The position numbers and the translations under genes were made by a program. Below the pieces are notes generated by a model. The model did no database searches, was not told the DNA's origin, and saw only the letters and a list, made by a program, of their open reading frames with translations. DNA of 58,683 nucleotides from positions 1-58,683 of the forward strand of contig DYFC01000013.1 in NCBI GenBank assembly GCA_020725385.1, read 5' to 3'. Shown here in pieces: positions 1 through 8,847 of this stretch (within the stretch, counting starts at the first letter, position 1; every line of letters starts with the position of its first letter). Source of the DNA: Nitrospira japonica (GTDB taxonomy: Bacteria > Nitrospirota > Thermodesulfovibrionia > Thermodesulfovibrionales > SM23-35).

Positions 1-183
1 CATCTCTTATGGGATTCTTAACAGCTTTTTCCATGTATGTCTATTTATATTTGTTCTGTTACTTCACCCCTCTTAAAAAACAATTATGGGTGTTCACTTT
101 TAATTCGTAAACAGTTCACTTTTAAAAAATTCCTAACATAATTTTTTTAATTTTGTGGTTACAAGATTCCTCAAAAATTTTTC

Positions 184-222
184 TTGACAAATTCAAAAAA
201 TATATATACATTTGTATATATA
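184..222 (+). promoter_or_regulatory. sigma70-type promoter of lexA with overlapping palindromic operator
   Basis: TTGACA (184-189), 17-bp spacer, TACATT (207-212); perfect inverted repeat TATATATACA-TT-TGTATATATA (201-222) covers the -10 box. Confidence 0.7.
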
Positions 223-244
223 AATATTCCTCCACTTTTTATGA

Positions 245-301
245 GAATGCCAGGCAGTTAGGGGAATGTTTCTATTCCCGAAAAATAACTGCCTGGCATT
301 C
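245..301 (+). other. long stem-loop in the presumed 5' leader of lexA
   Basis: GAATGCCAGGCAGTTA (245-260) pairs perfectly with TAACTGCCTGGCATTC (286-301); inner GGGAAT/ATTCCC stem. Confidence 0.75.
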
Positions 302-317
302 GAATGCAGAGGATAAT

Positions 318-920
318 ATGAAAGATATTACTGAAAAACAAAAACGCATTCTTGACTTTCTTGTGGAATACACCAAAACAAATGGTTATCCACCTACAGT
401 CAGGGAAATAGGAGAACATTTCAAGTTTCTCTGGTCTGCAGCCAGAGCACACCTTAAGGCTCTTGAAAAAAAAGGATTTATAAAGTTAAATCCTATGAAA
501 TCAAGGGGCATAGAAATTTCAGGATTGATGCCGGTCAATGGAGTAATACTTCCTGTTGCAGGAAATATACGAGCGGGCAAACCCATACTGGCAAAAGAAA
601 ACATAGATTTGCATATAATGGTTGATAGAACCCTTTTCCCTTATAAAGATGCCTTCTCATTGAAAGTTGTCGGAGATAGTATGAAAGATGCCGGAATATT
701 CGAAGGTGATTATGTAATAGTTAAGCCCCAAAATACAATATATAACAAAGAAATTGCTGTAGTGCTCTTAGATGATGAGGCAACAATAAAAAGAGTTTTA
801 TTCAAAAACAAAAAGAAAATTATTCTTAAACCCGAAAATAAAGATATGCAAGAAACAGAACATAATGCAAATGAAGTTGTCATAATTGGCAAGGTTGTAG
901 GAGTCATACGGAAACTTTAA
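318..920 (+). CDS. lexA: LexA repressor
   Basis: N-terminal winged HTH (TEKQKRIL..PPTVREIG), Ala-Gly cleavage site (IRAGKP), catalytic Ser (GDSM) and Lys (ATIKR); start moved to ATG 318 after AGAGGA. Confidence 0.95.
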   Translation: MKDITEKQKRILDFLVEYTKTNGYPPTVREIGEHFKFLWSAARAHLKALEKKGFIKLNPMKSRGIEISGLMPVNGVILPVAGNIRAGKPILAKENIDLHIMVDRTLFPYKDAFSLKVVGDSMKDAGIFEGDYVIVKPQNTIYNKEIAVVLLDDEATIKRVLFKNKKKIILKPENKDMQETEHNANEVVIIGKVVGVIRKL

Positions 921-928
921 CCTAAAAA

Positions 929-1174
929 ATGAAAATGTATATTGGAGAAACTATAAATGTAATTGCTTCATTTGGAATGCCGTACAAGATACGGCCGGTT
1001 AGATTTAGATGGAATGGCAAACTTTTTGATGTCAAAGAGATAACATATTCATGGCAAACCAGAGAAGGTCAGACAAAAATTTATCATTTCTCTATAACAG
1101 ACGGAAAAACATTATATGAACTAAGCTTTAATACTACTTCTCTTTTGTGGAGTATAGAAAAAATTGAGGTATAG
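929..1174 (+). CDS. 81-aa small beta-rich protein, DUF6504/ImuB-C-like
   Basis: PVRFRWNG..W....G..YHF..YEL.F..W pattern; lies between lexA and the polymerase gene; family call from memory. Confidence 0.65.
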   Translation: MKMYIGETINVIASFGMPYKIRPVRFRWNGKLFDVKEITYSWQTREGQTKIYHFSITDGKTLYELSFNTTSLLWSIEKIEV

Positions 1175-1249
1175 ATAGCGGGATATGGAGAAGTTACCCT
1201 TACTGCCCACGAAAAACGGCTATTATTATGGCACTGATATAAATATAAA

Positions 1250-2470
1250 ATGTCCAGAATCATACTTTGCATAGATATGGATGCATTCTTTGCATCGGTA
1301 GAGCAACAGAGCAATCCAAAATTACGCGGGAAGCCTGTTGCTGTGATTGGTTCAGGCAACAGAACTGTTATTACAACGCGTTCATATGAAGCAAGAAAAT
1401 TTGGTGTCAAAACAGGGATGAATATTTATGAAGCCAAAAAGCTTTGCCCTCATATCATTTTTGTCGTTGGAAACAATGAAAAATATACCTATACCTGTAC
1501 AGAAATGCAGAAGATATATTTAGAATATACTCCGGATGTAGAAATATATTCAATTGATGAGGCATTTCTTGACGTTACCACCACCTACCACTTATTCGGA
1601 GGACCTGAAGCTATTGGATGTGCTATTAAAAAAAAGATAAAAGAAAAATTTGGCATTAACTGCACAGCGGGTATAGGTCCAAATATTCTTATCGCAAAAC
1701 TTGCAAGCGACATCTCAAAACCTGATGGCTTAAGATGGATTAAGCCTGAAGATCTTAATAATGTTTTGGAAGATTTACCCTTAAAAGAACTCTGGGGAAT
1801 AGGCTCAAGACTTTCAGAGAAACTCAATGCTTTCGGCATAAAAACCTGCGGTCAATTAGGAAGAGCTTCTTTAAGCTTATTGAGAAATAAATTTGGCATA
1901 ATCGGAGAACACCTCAAAGCAATGGGCATGGGTTTATGCAACAGACCTTTATATGTTCAGGAACAGGATCCAAAATCAATAGGACATAGCATGACATTCT
2001 CAAAGGATCTTTCACAAAGAAAGGAAATAGAAGCAGAGATTTTAAAATTAAGTGAAATGGTAGGAAGACGGGCAAGACACTACAAATTCAAAGGCAGAAA
2101 AGTAACTCTTATTGTGAGATATAGTGATTTTAAAACTTTTTCGAGACAAACAACTCTTCCTGACTATACAAACCACACACATAAGATTTATAAAAATGCG
2201 CTTTCAATACTGGATAGCATTTTTTTAACTGATAAGGTCAGACTTCTTGGAGTATCTCTATCATCACTTATCAGAGAAAAAGAGCAGATGTTTTTGTTTG
2301 AAGAAATCAGCAAACAAAAGGAACTTCTCAAAGCAATGGATATGATAAATGATAGATATGGAGATTTTAAAATCATCTGGGGCTCATATCTCAAGCAATG
2401 CGAACCGGCAAGGGTTATATCACCAGCATGGAAACCTTCAGGTGTAAGGCATATAAACGTAAAAAGATAA
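1250..2470 (+). CDS. dinB: Y-family DNA polymerase (DinB/Pol IV-like)
   Basis: IDMDAFFASVE, SYEARKFGVKTGM and YSIDEAFLD motifs; clamp-binding-like QMFLF; C-terminal AMDMINDRYG segment. Confidence 0.93.
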   Translation: MSRIILCIDMDAFFASVEQQSNPKLRGKPVAVIGSGNRTVITTRSYEARKFGVKTGMNIYEAKKLCPHIIFVVGNNEKYTYTCTEMQKIYLEYTPDVEIYSIDEAFLDVTTTYHLFGGPEAIGCAIKKKIKEKFGINCTAGIGPNILIAKLASDISKPDGLRWIKPEDLNNVLEDLPLKELWGIGSRLSEKLNAFGIKTCGQLGRASLSLLRNKFGIIGEHLKAMGMGLCNRPLYVQEQDPKSIGHSMTFSKDLSQRKEIEAEILKLSEMVGRRARHYKFKGRKVTLIVRYSDFKTFSRQTTLPDYTNHTHKIYKNALSILDSIFLTDKVRLLGVSLSSLIREKEQMFLFEEISKQKELLKAMDMINDRYGDFKIIWGSYLKQCEPARVISPAWKPSGVRHINVKR

Positions 2471-2530
2471 ACAATATAAATGTGCTATTAAGCCGAAAAA
2501 TGCATTTTGCTTTACTTTAGAACATCTATA

Positions 2531-4663
2531 TTATCCGGATTGAACAATATCAAGTATTATCTCTTTTTCTTCCATATCAACCCTGTCTATTCTTACTTTA
2601 ATTTCTTTCCCTATTGTAAAAGTGCGTTTAGTATGCCTGCCGAACAAAGTCATGTTATGCTCATTGTACTGATAAAAATCATCTGTCATATAAGATACAT
2701 GAAGGAATCCTTCTACAAAAAAATCTTTAAGTCTTGCTCTTAAACCATAAGGTGTTACACCTACAATTTTTGCATCAAATTCATCGCCAACTTTGTCTTT
2801 CATAAACCAGACTCTCATTGCGTCCAATACTTTGCGTTCTGCTTTATCGGCAAGCCTTTCAGTGCAAGATGAACTAAAAGCAATGTCAGGAAGTATGTTG
2901 TTCAACTCCTTAATTCTTTTGTCGGAAAGGTGTTTTTTATATAAAACTTCTCTTAGAATTCTGTGTACCACAAGATCAGGATACCTTCTTATAGGAGATG
3001 TAAAATGGGTATAGCATTTTGATGCAAGTCCAAAATGTCCGACATTTTGATTTGAATAGCGTGCCTGTTTTAAACTCTTTAAAATTATTGAATGGATAAT
3101 CTCTTCTTCAGGTCTTCCTTTTATTGTATTAAGAATTCCGGAAATATCCGAAGGTTTGATTTTTTTAATCTTATTTCTGTTTTGCCCGGGTTTTTTAGAA
3201 GGAATTATTGCTTGAATTAGTTTACCAAGATTTTCTATTTTTACAGGATCGGGTTCTTCGTGAACTCTATAGAGAGAAGGAATGCCAAGTTTTTCAAGGT
3301 ATATGGCGACTGCTTCATTGGCAGAAATCATGAACTCTTCAATCAGCATGTGCGCTAAGTTTCTTTCGGCAGTTAAAATACTTTCGGGTCTTCCTGTCAC
3401 ATCAAGAACAATTTCAGGTTCAGGTAGATCAAAATCAAGACTGCCCCTATTTAATCTTTTATTTCTCAAAATTCCGCATAATTCACCCATAAGTTCAATA
3501 TCTTGAAGTAAATAATCGTATTTTTTATGCTCTGAAGGATCATTATCAACCAGTATTTTTCTTACAGATGTATAAGTCATTCTTTCATTACTTCTTATCA
3601 AACTCGGGTAAAACCTGGAAGATATGAGATTGCCATTTCTGTCGAAATCCATTTCTACTGTGAATGAAAACCTCTCAACATTTGGTTTCAAACTGCAAAG
3701 GTCTTCTGAGAGTTCTTTCGGAAGCATTGGAATTACTCTATCAGGGAAATAAACACTTGTGCCTCTCTTACGGGCTTCTAAATCTAAGGATGAGTTTTCT
3801 TTTATGAAATACCCGACATCTGCAATGTGAACAAACAAAGTATAACCGTGAGGACTTAATTTAATAGAAACAGCATCATCAAAGTCCTTTGCTCTTTCTC
3901 CATCAATAGTGATTGTATTAAGGTTGCGAAGATCTTTTCTTTTTAATTGTTGTGGTAGATTGTCAGAAATTTTTTGATAAAGAAGCTTTGCTTCTTCCTT
4001 AACAACAGGTGGAAATCGTGAAGGCAAATTAAATTCTTCTATGATTGCTTCAATCTCGGATAATGGATCTTCAGGCTTCCCGAGAATTTTGACTATTTTC
4101 CCTGAAGCAGGTTTTCTGTTTTCGGGATGGCTTACAATTTCAGCGATTACAAGATCACCACTGCGCGCTCCTGCCCGATCTTTAGGAGGAATGATAAGGT
4201 CAAATGTAATAGCTCTATCTTTTGGTTTAACAAAAAAGCCGGTTTTTGAAACTATGAATTTCCCTGAAATTCTTTGATGAACTCTCTTTAGAATTCTTAT
4301 GATTCTCCCTTCTCTTTTTTGCCAGTTTTCGACCCTTACAAGAACCCTATCATTATTCATCGCGCCGGCATTTGCCCATGAAGGAATGAAAATATCCCTT
4401 TCACCCGGTTTGTCCATGATAACAAAACCATAACCATCCTTATGGGCTTCATAAAAACCGCTGACAAGATTCATATCATCTACAGGACCATACAGTCCTT
4501 TTCTTGTCAGAACAATTTCACCTTGTTTTACAAGATTCCTTAGAATTTTCTTAAGAGCGCGTGCTTCTTTATGGTTTAATCCTAAGAGAAGCACAATTTC
4601 CTTAAAATTGGCGGGTTTCTTTATTTTTTCTCTAAAAAAAGTAAGAATAGTTTCTTTGTCCAT
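2531..4663 (-). CDS. rnr: ribonuclease R
   Basis: TIDGERAKDFDDAVS and HFTSPIRRYPDL motifs, C-terminal S1 domain; start moved to MDKET. Confidence 0.95.
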   Translation of the reverse strand: MDKETILTFFREKIKKPANFKEIVLLLGLNHKEARALKKILRNLVKQGEIVLTRKGLYGPVDDMNLVSGFYEAHKDGYGFVIMDKPGERDIFIPSWANAGAMNNDRVLVRVENWQKREGRIIRILKRVHQRISGKFIVSKTGFFVKPKDRAITFDLIIPPKDRAGARSGDLVIAEIVSHPENRKPASGKIVKILGKPEDPLSEIEAIIEEFNLPSRFPPVVKEEAKLLYQKISDNLPQQLKRKDLRNLNTITIDGERAKDFDDAVSIKLSPHGYTLFVHIADVGYFIKENSSLDLEARKRGTSVYFPDRVIPMLPKELSEDLCSLKPNVERFSFTVEMDFDRNGNLISSRFYPSLIRSNERMTYTSVRKILVDNDPSEHKKYDYLLQDIELMGELCGILRNKRLNRGSLDFDLPEPEIVLDVTGRPESILTAERNLAHMLIEEFMISANEAVAIYLEKLGIPSLYRVHEEPDPVKIENLGKLIQAIIPSKKPGQNRNKIKKIKPSDISGILNTIKGRPEEEIIHSIILKSLKQARYSNQNVGHFGLASKCYTHFTSPIRRYPDLVVHRILREVLYKKHLSDKRIKELNNILPDIAFSSSCTERLADKAERKVLDAMRVWFMKDKVGDEFDAKIVGVTPYGLRARLKDFFVEGFLHVSYMTDDFYQYNEHNMTLFGRHTKRTFTIGKEIKVRIDRVDMEEKEIILDIVQSG

Positions 4664-4855
4664 CTTAATAAATAGTATATCAGGATAATAAAATAAAAAA
4701 AGTAAAGGCTGTTTTGTATTTAAATTGATTATGCAAATTGACAAAGAATTACCGTGTATTTTACAGTAAATATAGAACTTACCTTGATAAATTATAAATA
4801 AAAGTATTTATAGTGGTACCTATTTGTAATAAAAATACTTAAGGAGGAAAAGAAT

Positions 4856-6211
4856 TTGCTTAAATCAATAGAGGATATAAGCCCGACAAAAAAGCGTATT
4901 AGTATAGAGATACCTGTGGAAATAATCGAAAGAGAATTTAGTTCATCTCTTGAAGTTTTGAGAAATAAGGTAAAAATTCCCGGTTTCAGACCTGGGAAGG
5001 CACCTGCTAATCTTATCGAGAAAAGATTTGGTAAAGAAATAGAGGCTGAAGTTTTAGATAAATTAATTCCAGAACATTATAATATGGCATTAAGAGAAGC
5101 TGATTTGCAGCCTGTTTCAATGCCTGAAATTCAGGAAAAATTTGAATTCAAAAGGCACAATCCTATCAATATGACTTTTGTAATCGAGGTTCTTCCAAAA
5201 ATAGAGAATTTGAATTATGAAAATATCAAAGTTGAAGATATTCCTGTAACAGTAGAAGATACTGATATAGATTCTATGCTCAAGCATTTACAGGAACAAA
5301 AAGCTCTGTTTGAAGTTTCTGAAGAACCTGTCTCTATGGATGACCTTGTAAGTTTTGAACTCGCAGGTGGTGAACTCGAAGGCAATGAAAAAATTCCTGA
5401 ATTGGAGGAAGCTCTTAAGGCAATGGGGAATGAAATTTTTCCTCCTGATATGATGGAAAGAGCTTTAGGTAAAAAGAAAGAAGATATTATTGAGTTTACA
5501 AAAACATTTGAAGATAATTTCCAAAATGAAAAATTAAAAGGTAAGACAGCAAAGATAAAACTTGTAATTAAAGAAATAAAAAAGAAATCATTGCCAACTA
5601 TTGATGATGAATTTGCAAAAGATCTCGGTTTTAATGACATAAGTGAATTAAAAGAAAAATTAAAGGAAAGAATTTATAATTTCAAAAAACAACAGGTTCA
5701 AAGAATTCAGAAGGCTTCTATTATAAATAGCCTGATCGAATCAATAAATCCTCCTGCTCCTGAATCTTTAGTTAACAGAGAAATAGAGGCGCTAATAATG
5801 CAAAAAAGTGTATCAGATGAAGATCCTGCTGTGGAGACCGATTCAGTAAAAGAAGTTCTTGATATTGCTGCTGAAAAGGATCCCGGGGAGAATATACTTA
5901 AACAGCAAAAAGCTATTAAGGAAGCTGAAGATGAAGAATTAAGACGCAGAGAAAAGGCAATTAAGAATGTCCAGGCTTCGATGATTATTGATGCTATAGG
6001 CAAAAAAGAAGCTGTTTTTGTAACCGATGATGAAGTCGACAGGCGCATAGAATTGGTTGCTAAAAGTTTATCTGCTACCCCGGAAGCTGTAAGAAGTTTT
6101 TACATGTATAAAGAAGGTTCTCTTGATAGTCTGAGACACTCGATATTTCAAGAAAAAGTACTCGATTTTCTTTTATCAAAAGCATCTATTGAAGCAAAGG
6201 AGAATAAATGA
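4856..6211 (+). CDS. tig: trigger factor
   Basis: [10 protein letters not shown] ribosome-binding motif; upstream of clpP-clpX; TTG start after AAGGAGG. Confidence 0.92.
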   Translation: MLKSIEDISPTKKRISIEIPVEIIEREFSSSLEVLRNKVKIPGFRPGKAPANLIEKRFGKEIEAEVLDKLIPEHYNMALREADLQPVSMPEIQEKFEFKRHNPINMTFVIEVLPKIENLNYENIKVEDIPVTVEDTDIDSMLKHLQEQKALFEVSEEPVSMDDLVSFELAGGELEGNEKIPELEEALKAMGNEIFPPDMMERALGKKKEDIIEFTKTFEDNFQNEKLKGKTAKIKLVIKEIKKKSLPTIDDEFAKDLGFNDISELKEKLKERIYNFKKQQVQRIQKASIINSLIESINPPAPESLVNREIEALIMQKSVSDEDPAVETDSVKEVLDIAAEKDPGENILKQQKAIKEAEDEELRRREKAIKNVQASMIIDAIGKKEAVFVTDDEVDRRIELVAKSLSATPEAVRSFYMYKEGSLDSLRHSIFQEKVLDFLLSKASIEAKENK

Positions 6212-6810
6212 GCATCATACCTATTGTTATAGAACAAACAGGACGCTCTGAAAGAGCCTATGATATTTATTCAAGACTGCTGAAAGACAGGATTATTTTT
6301 ATCGGAAGCGGGATTGATGATAATGTTGCTAATATTGTTATAGCACAGTTGTTATTTCTACAGACTGAAGACCCTGAAAAAGATATTCATCTTTATATTA
6401 ATTCGCCCGGGGGAATTGTATCCTCTGGCCTTGCAATTTATGACACAATGCAATATGTCAAACCTGACATAGCAACATACTGCATTGGTCAGGCAATGAG
6501 CATGGGTGCGTTATTGCTATCTGCTGGAACAAAAGGCAAAAGATATGCATTGCCACATTCACGAATTATGATACATCAGCTTATGGGAGGATTTCAGGGA
6601 CAGGCAACCGATATTGAAATACATGCCCGTGAAATTCTTAAGATGAAGGATGCTTTGAATAAAATACTTTCTATTCATACAGGACAATCTATCGAAAAGA
6701 TACAAGTAGATACCGATAGGGATTTTTTCATGTCAGGACAGGAAGCAAAAGAATACGGGATAGTCGATGAAGTGATTTCGAGTATAAAAGACAGGAGGTC
6801 AAATGGCTAA
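6208..6810 (+). CDS. clpP: Clp protease proteolytic subunit
   Basis: [31 protein letters not shown] and DTDRD motifs. Confidence 0.97.
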   Translation: MSIIPIVIEQTGRSERAYDIYSRLLKDRIIFIGSGIDDNVANIVIAQLLFLQTEDPEKDIHLYINSPGGIVSSGLAIYDTMQYVKPDIATYCIGQAMSMGALLLSAGTKGKRYALPHSRIMIHQLMGGFQGQATDIEIHAREILKMKDALNKILSIHTGQSIEKIQVDTDRDFFMSGQEAKEYGIVDEVISSIKDRRSNG

Positions 6811-8044
6811 GAGGGATGAGACTAACCTGAAATGTTCCTTCTGCGGCAAGGGACATGCTGAAGTAAAGAAACTTATAGCCGGTCCTTCTGTTTATATTTG
6901 TAATGAATGTGTTGAACTATGCAATGAGATAATAGCAGATTCGCTTCAGGACGAGATTAAAAGATCAACACATTCAAATCTCCCTTCTCCAAAGGAAATA
7001 CATAAATTTCTCAATGATTATGTTGTTGGACAGGAAAGAGCTAAAAAAATATTATCAGTAGCTGTTCACAATCATTATAAAAGGATTAATAATCCACCGG
7101 GCTCTGATATTGAATTACAAAAAAGCAATATTTTACTTTTGGGACCTACAGGCACAGGCAAGACACTCTTTGCTCAAACTCTTGCGAGAATTCTTGATGT
7201 GCCTTTTGCAATAGCAGATGCAACAACCTTGACAGAAGCTGGTTATGTAGGAGAAGATGTTGAAAATATTATTCTTAAATTACTACAGGCATCTGAATAT
7301 GATGTTGAACGTGCTCAGAGAGGAATAATATATATTGACGAAATTGACAAAATAAGCAGAAAATCAGACAACCCTTCAATTACAAGAGATGTATCAGGTG
7401 AAGGTGTCCAGCAGGCTTTACTTAAGTTAATTGAAGGAACAATAGCAAATATACCACCGCAAGGTGGCAGAAAACATCCACAACAAGAATATATTCAAGT
7501 TAATACAACAAATATTCTTTTCATATGTGGTGGTGCATTTGTAGGACTTGATGAAATTATCGATAAACGCATAGGTCAGAGAACCGTGGGATTTGTTTCC
7601 GAAACAGTTGTTAGAAAAGATAGAAAGATTGGTGAAGTACTAAGTCTTGTTGAACCTGAAGACCTTATTAAATATGGCCTGATACCTGAATTTGTTGGTA
7701 GAATGCCTGTGGTTGCAGCACTTGATGAGCTTGATGAAGCAGCTTTAATAAAAATATTGACCGAACCCAAGAACGCTCTTGTTAAACAATACCAGAAACT
7801 CTTGTCATTTGAGAATGTCAGACTGAAATTTACTGAAGGAGCTTTAACAGCTATTGCCAGGAAGGCAATCCAGCGTAAAACAGGAGCACGCGGACTAAGG
7901 TCTATTCTTGAAGAGGTTATGCTTGATGTTATGTATGATATTCCATCTCAAAAAGGTGTCAGAGAATGTCTTGTAACAGAGGAAACAATAAACAGAAAAG
8001 AGATGCCTTTACTTATATATGAGAAAAAAGTAGAGTCAGCTTGA
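6803..8044 (+). CDS. clpX: Clp protease ATP-binding subunit ClpX
   Basis: C4 zinc finger (CSFC..ICNEC), [14 protein letters not shown]. Confidence 0.97.
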   Translation: MAKRDETNLKCSFCGKGHAEVKKLIAGPSVYICNECVELCNEIIADSLQDEIKRSTHSNLPSPKEIHKFLNDYVVGQERAKKILSVAVHNHYKRINNPPGSDIELQKSNILLLGPTGTGKTLFAQTLARILDVPFAIADATTLTEAGYVGEDVENIILKLLQASEYDVERAQRGIIYIDEIDKISRKSDNPSITRDVSGEGVQQALLKLIEGTIANIPPQGGRKHPQQEYIQVNTTNILFICGGAFVGLDEIIDKRIGQRTVGFVSETVVRKDRKIGEVLSLVEPEDLIKYGLIPEFVGRMPVVAALDELDEAALIKILTEPKNALVKQYQKLLSFENVRLKFTEGALTAIARKAIQRKTGARGLRSILEEVMLDVMYDIPSQKGVRECLVTEETINRKEMPLLIYEKKVESA

Positions 8045-8060
8045 GCTTTATACAGGATGA

Positions 8061-8516
8061 CTATATGCGTGTTTTGCCCGATGAAACAGCCTTTTCAATT
8101 GCTGTTCTGATTTTTTTCCTTAATTCTTCTTCCGGTATCTTGGAAGTGATATTTTCAATATAGTTTATTTCTTCGTTCGATAGTTTTTTGAATTCTTTTT
8201 CTTTTCCGGGTTTTTTTAAATCCTTACTATATGGTAAGGATTGTGCTCTTCCTATTCTGAATCGTACAGATTTAACCCCATAAGAATCGAGTTTAGCGAT
8301 AATTTCATTTCTGAAAAAATGAAGTTCCTGCATCCATGCAGGCGAATCAACATTGATAAGAAGTTCACCTTCTGAAAAATTTGATGGATACATATGTGAT
8401 ACTAATGGAGGATGGAAAATCTGATGCCAGCTTTTTTTTAATCTGGAAAGCCTTGCACCATCTTCTAAATCAAGGTTTTTTATTAGAGGTGCAAGGAGAG
8501 AATCCAGACGTTTCAC
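8061..8516 (-). CDS. DUF721/DciA family protein
   Basis: W..I..L..H..P..L.I.VDSPAWMQEL pattern; GTG start overlaps the rpmB stop (TAGTG). Confidence 0.75.
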   Translation of the reverse strand: MKRLDSLLAPLIKNLDLEDGARLSRLKKSWHQIFHPPLVSHMYPSNFSEGELLINVDSPAWMQELHFFRNEIIAKLDSYGVKSVRFRIGRAQSLPYSKDLKKPGKEKEFKKLSNEEINYIENITSKIPEEELRKKIRTAIEKAVSSGKTRI

Positions 8517-8704
8517 TATAGTGCTTTTTTTACTAATCCTGAACGGAGACAGCGGGAACAAACATAAACTTTCTTTGTACCGGATTCTGTTGCAATACGC
8601 AATCTCTGCAAATTCGGCATTAATATTCTTTTAGTTTTATTATTTGCATGACTTACATTATTCCCTATGATTCTTCTCTTTCCGCACACAGTACAACTCG
8701 CCAT
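8516..8704 (-). CDS. rpmB: 50S ribosomal protein L28
   Basis: [30 protein letters not shown]; GGAGG upstream. Confidence 0.97.
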   Translation of the reverse strand: MASCTVCGKRRIIGNNVSHANNKTKRILMPNLQRLRIATESGTKKVYVCSRCLRSGLVKKAL

Positions 8705-8847
8705 ATTTTTGAATTCCTCCTTTAACAATTGCATTAAGATAGTCTATTATGATAACATGTTAAAACCGATGTTACAAGAGTAGTTTTGCGGGATGTTGAA
8801 CCTCTTTTTTGTCCCGCCAAAGAAAACAAATTAATGGATTGATTAAA

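Noticed and set aside
1-34. possible start of a minus-strand gene (MEKAVKNPIRD..)
   Set aside because: Only 11 codons are visible, so it cannot be supported or identified.
153-317. 55-residue N-terminal extension of LexA in the ORF track
   Set aside because: It spans the promoter and leader hairpin; ATG 318 has an SD and gives normal LexA length.
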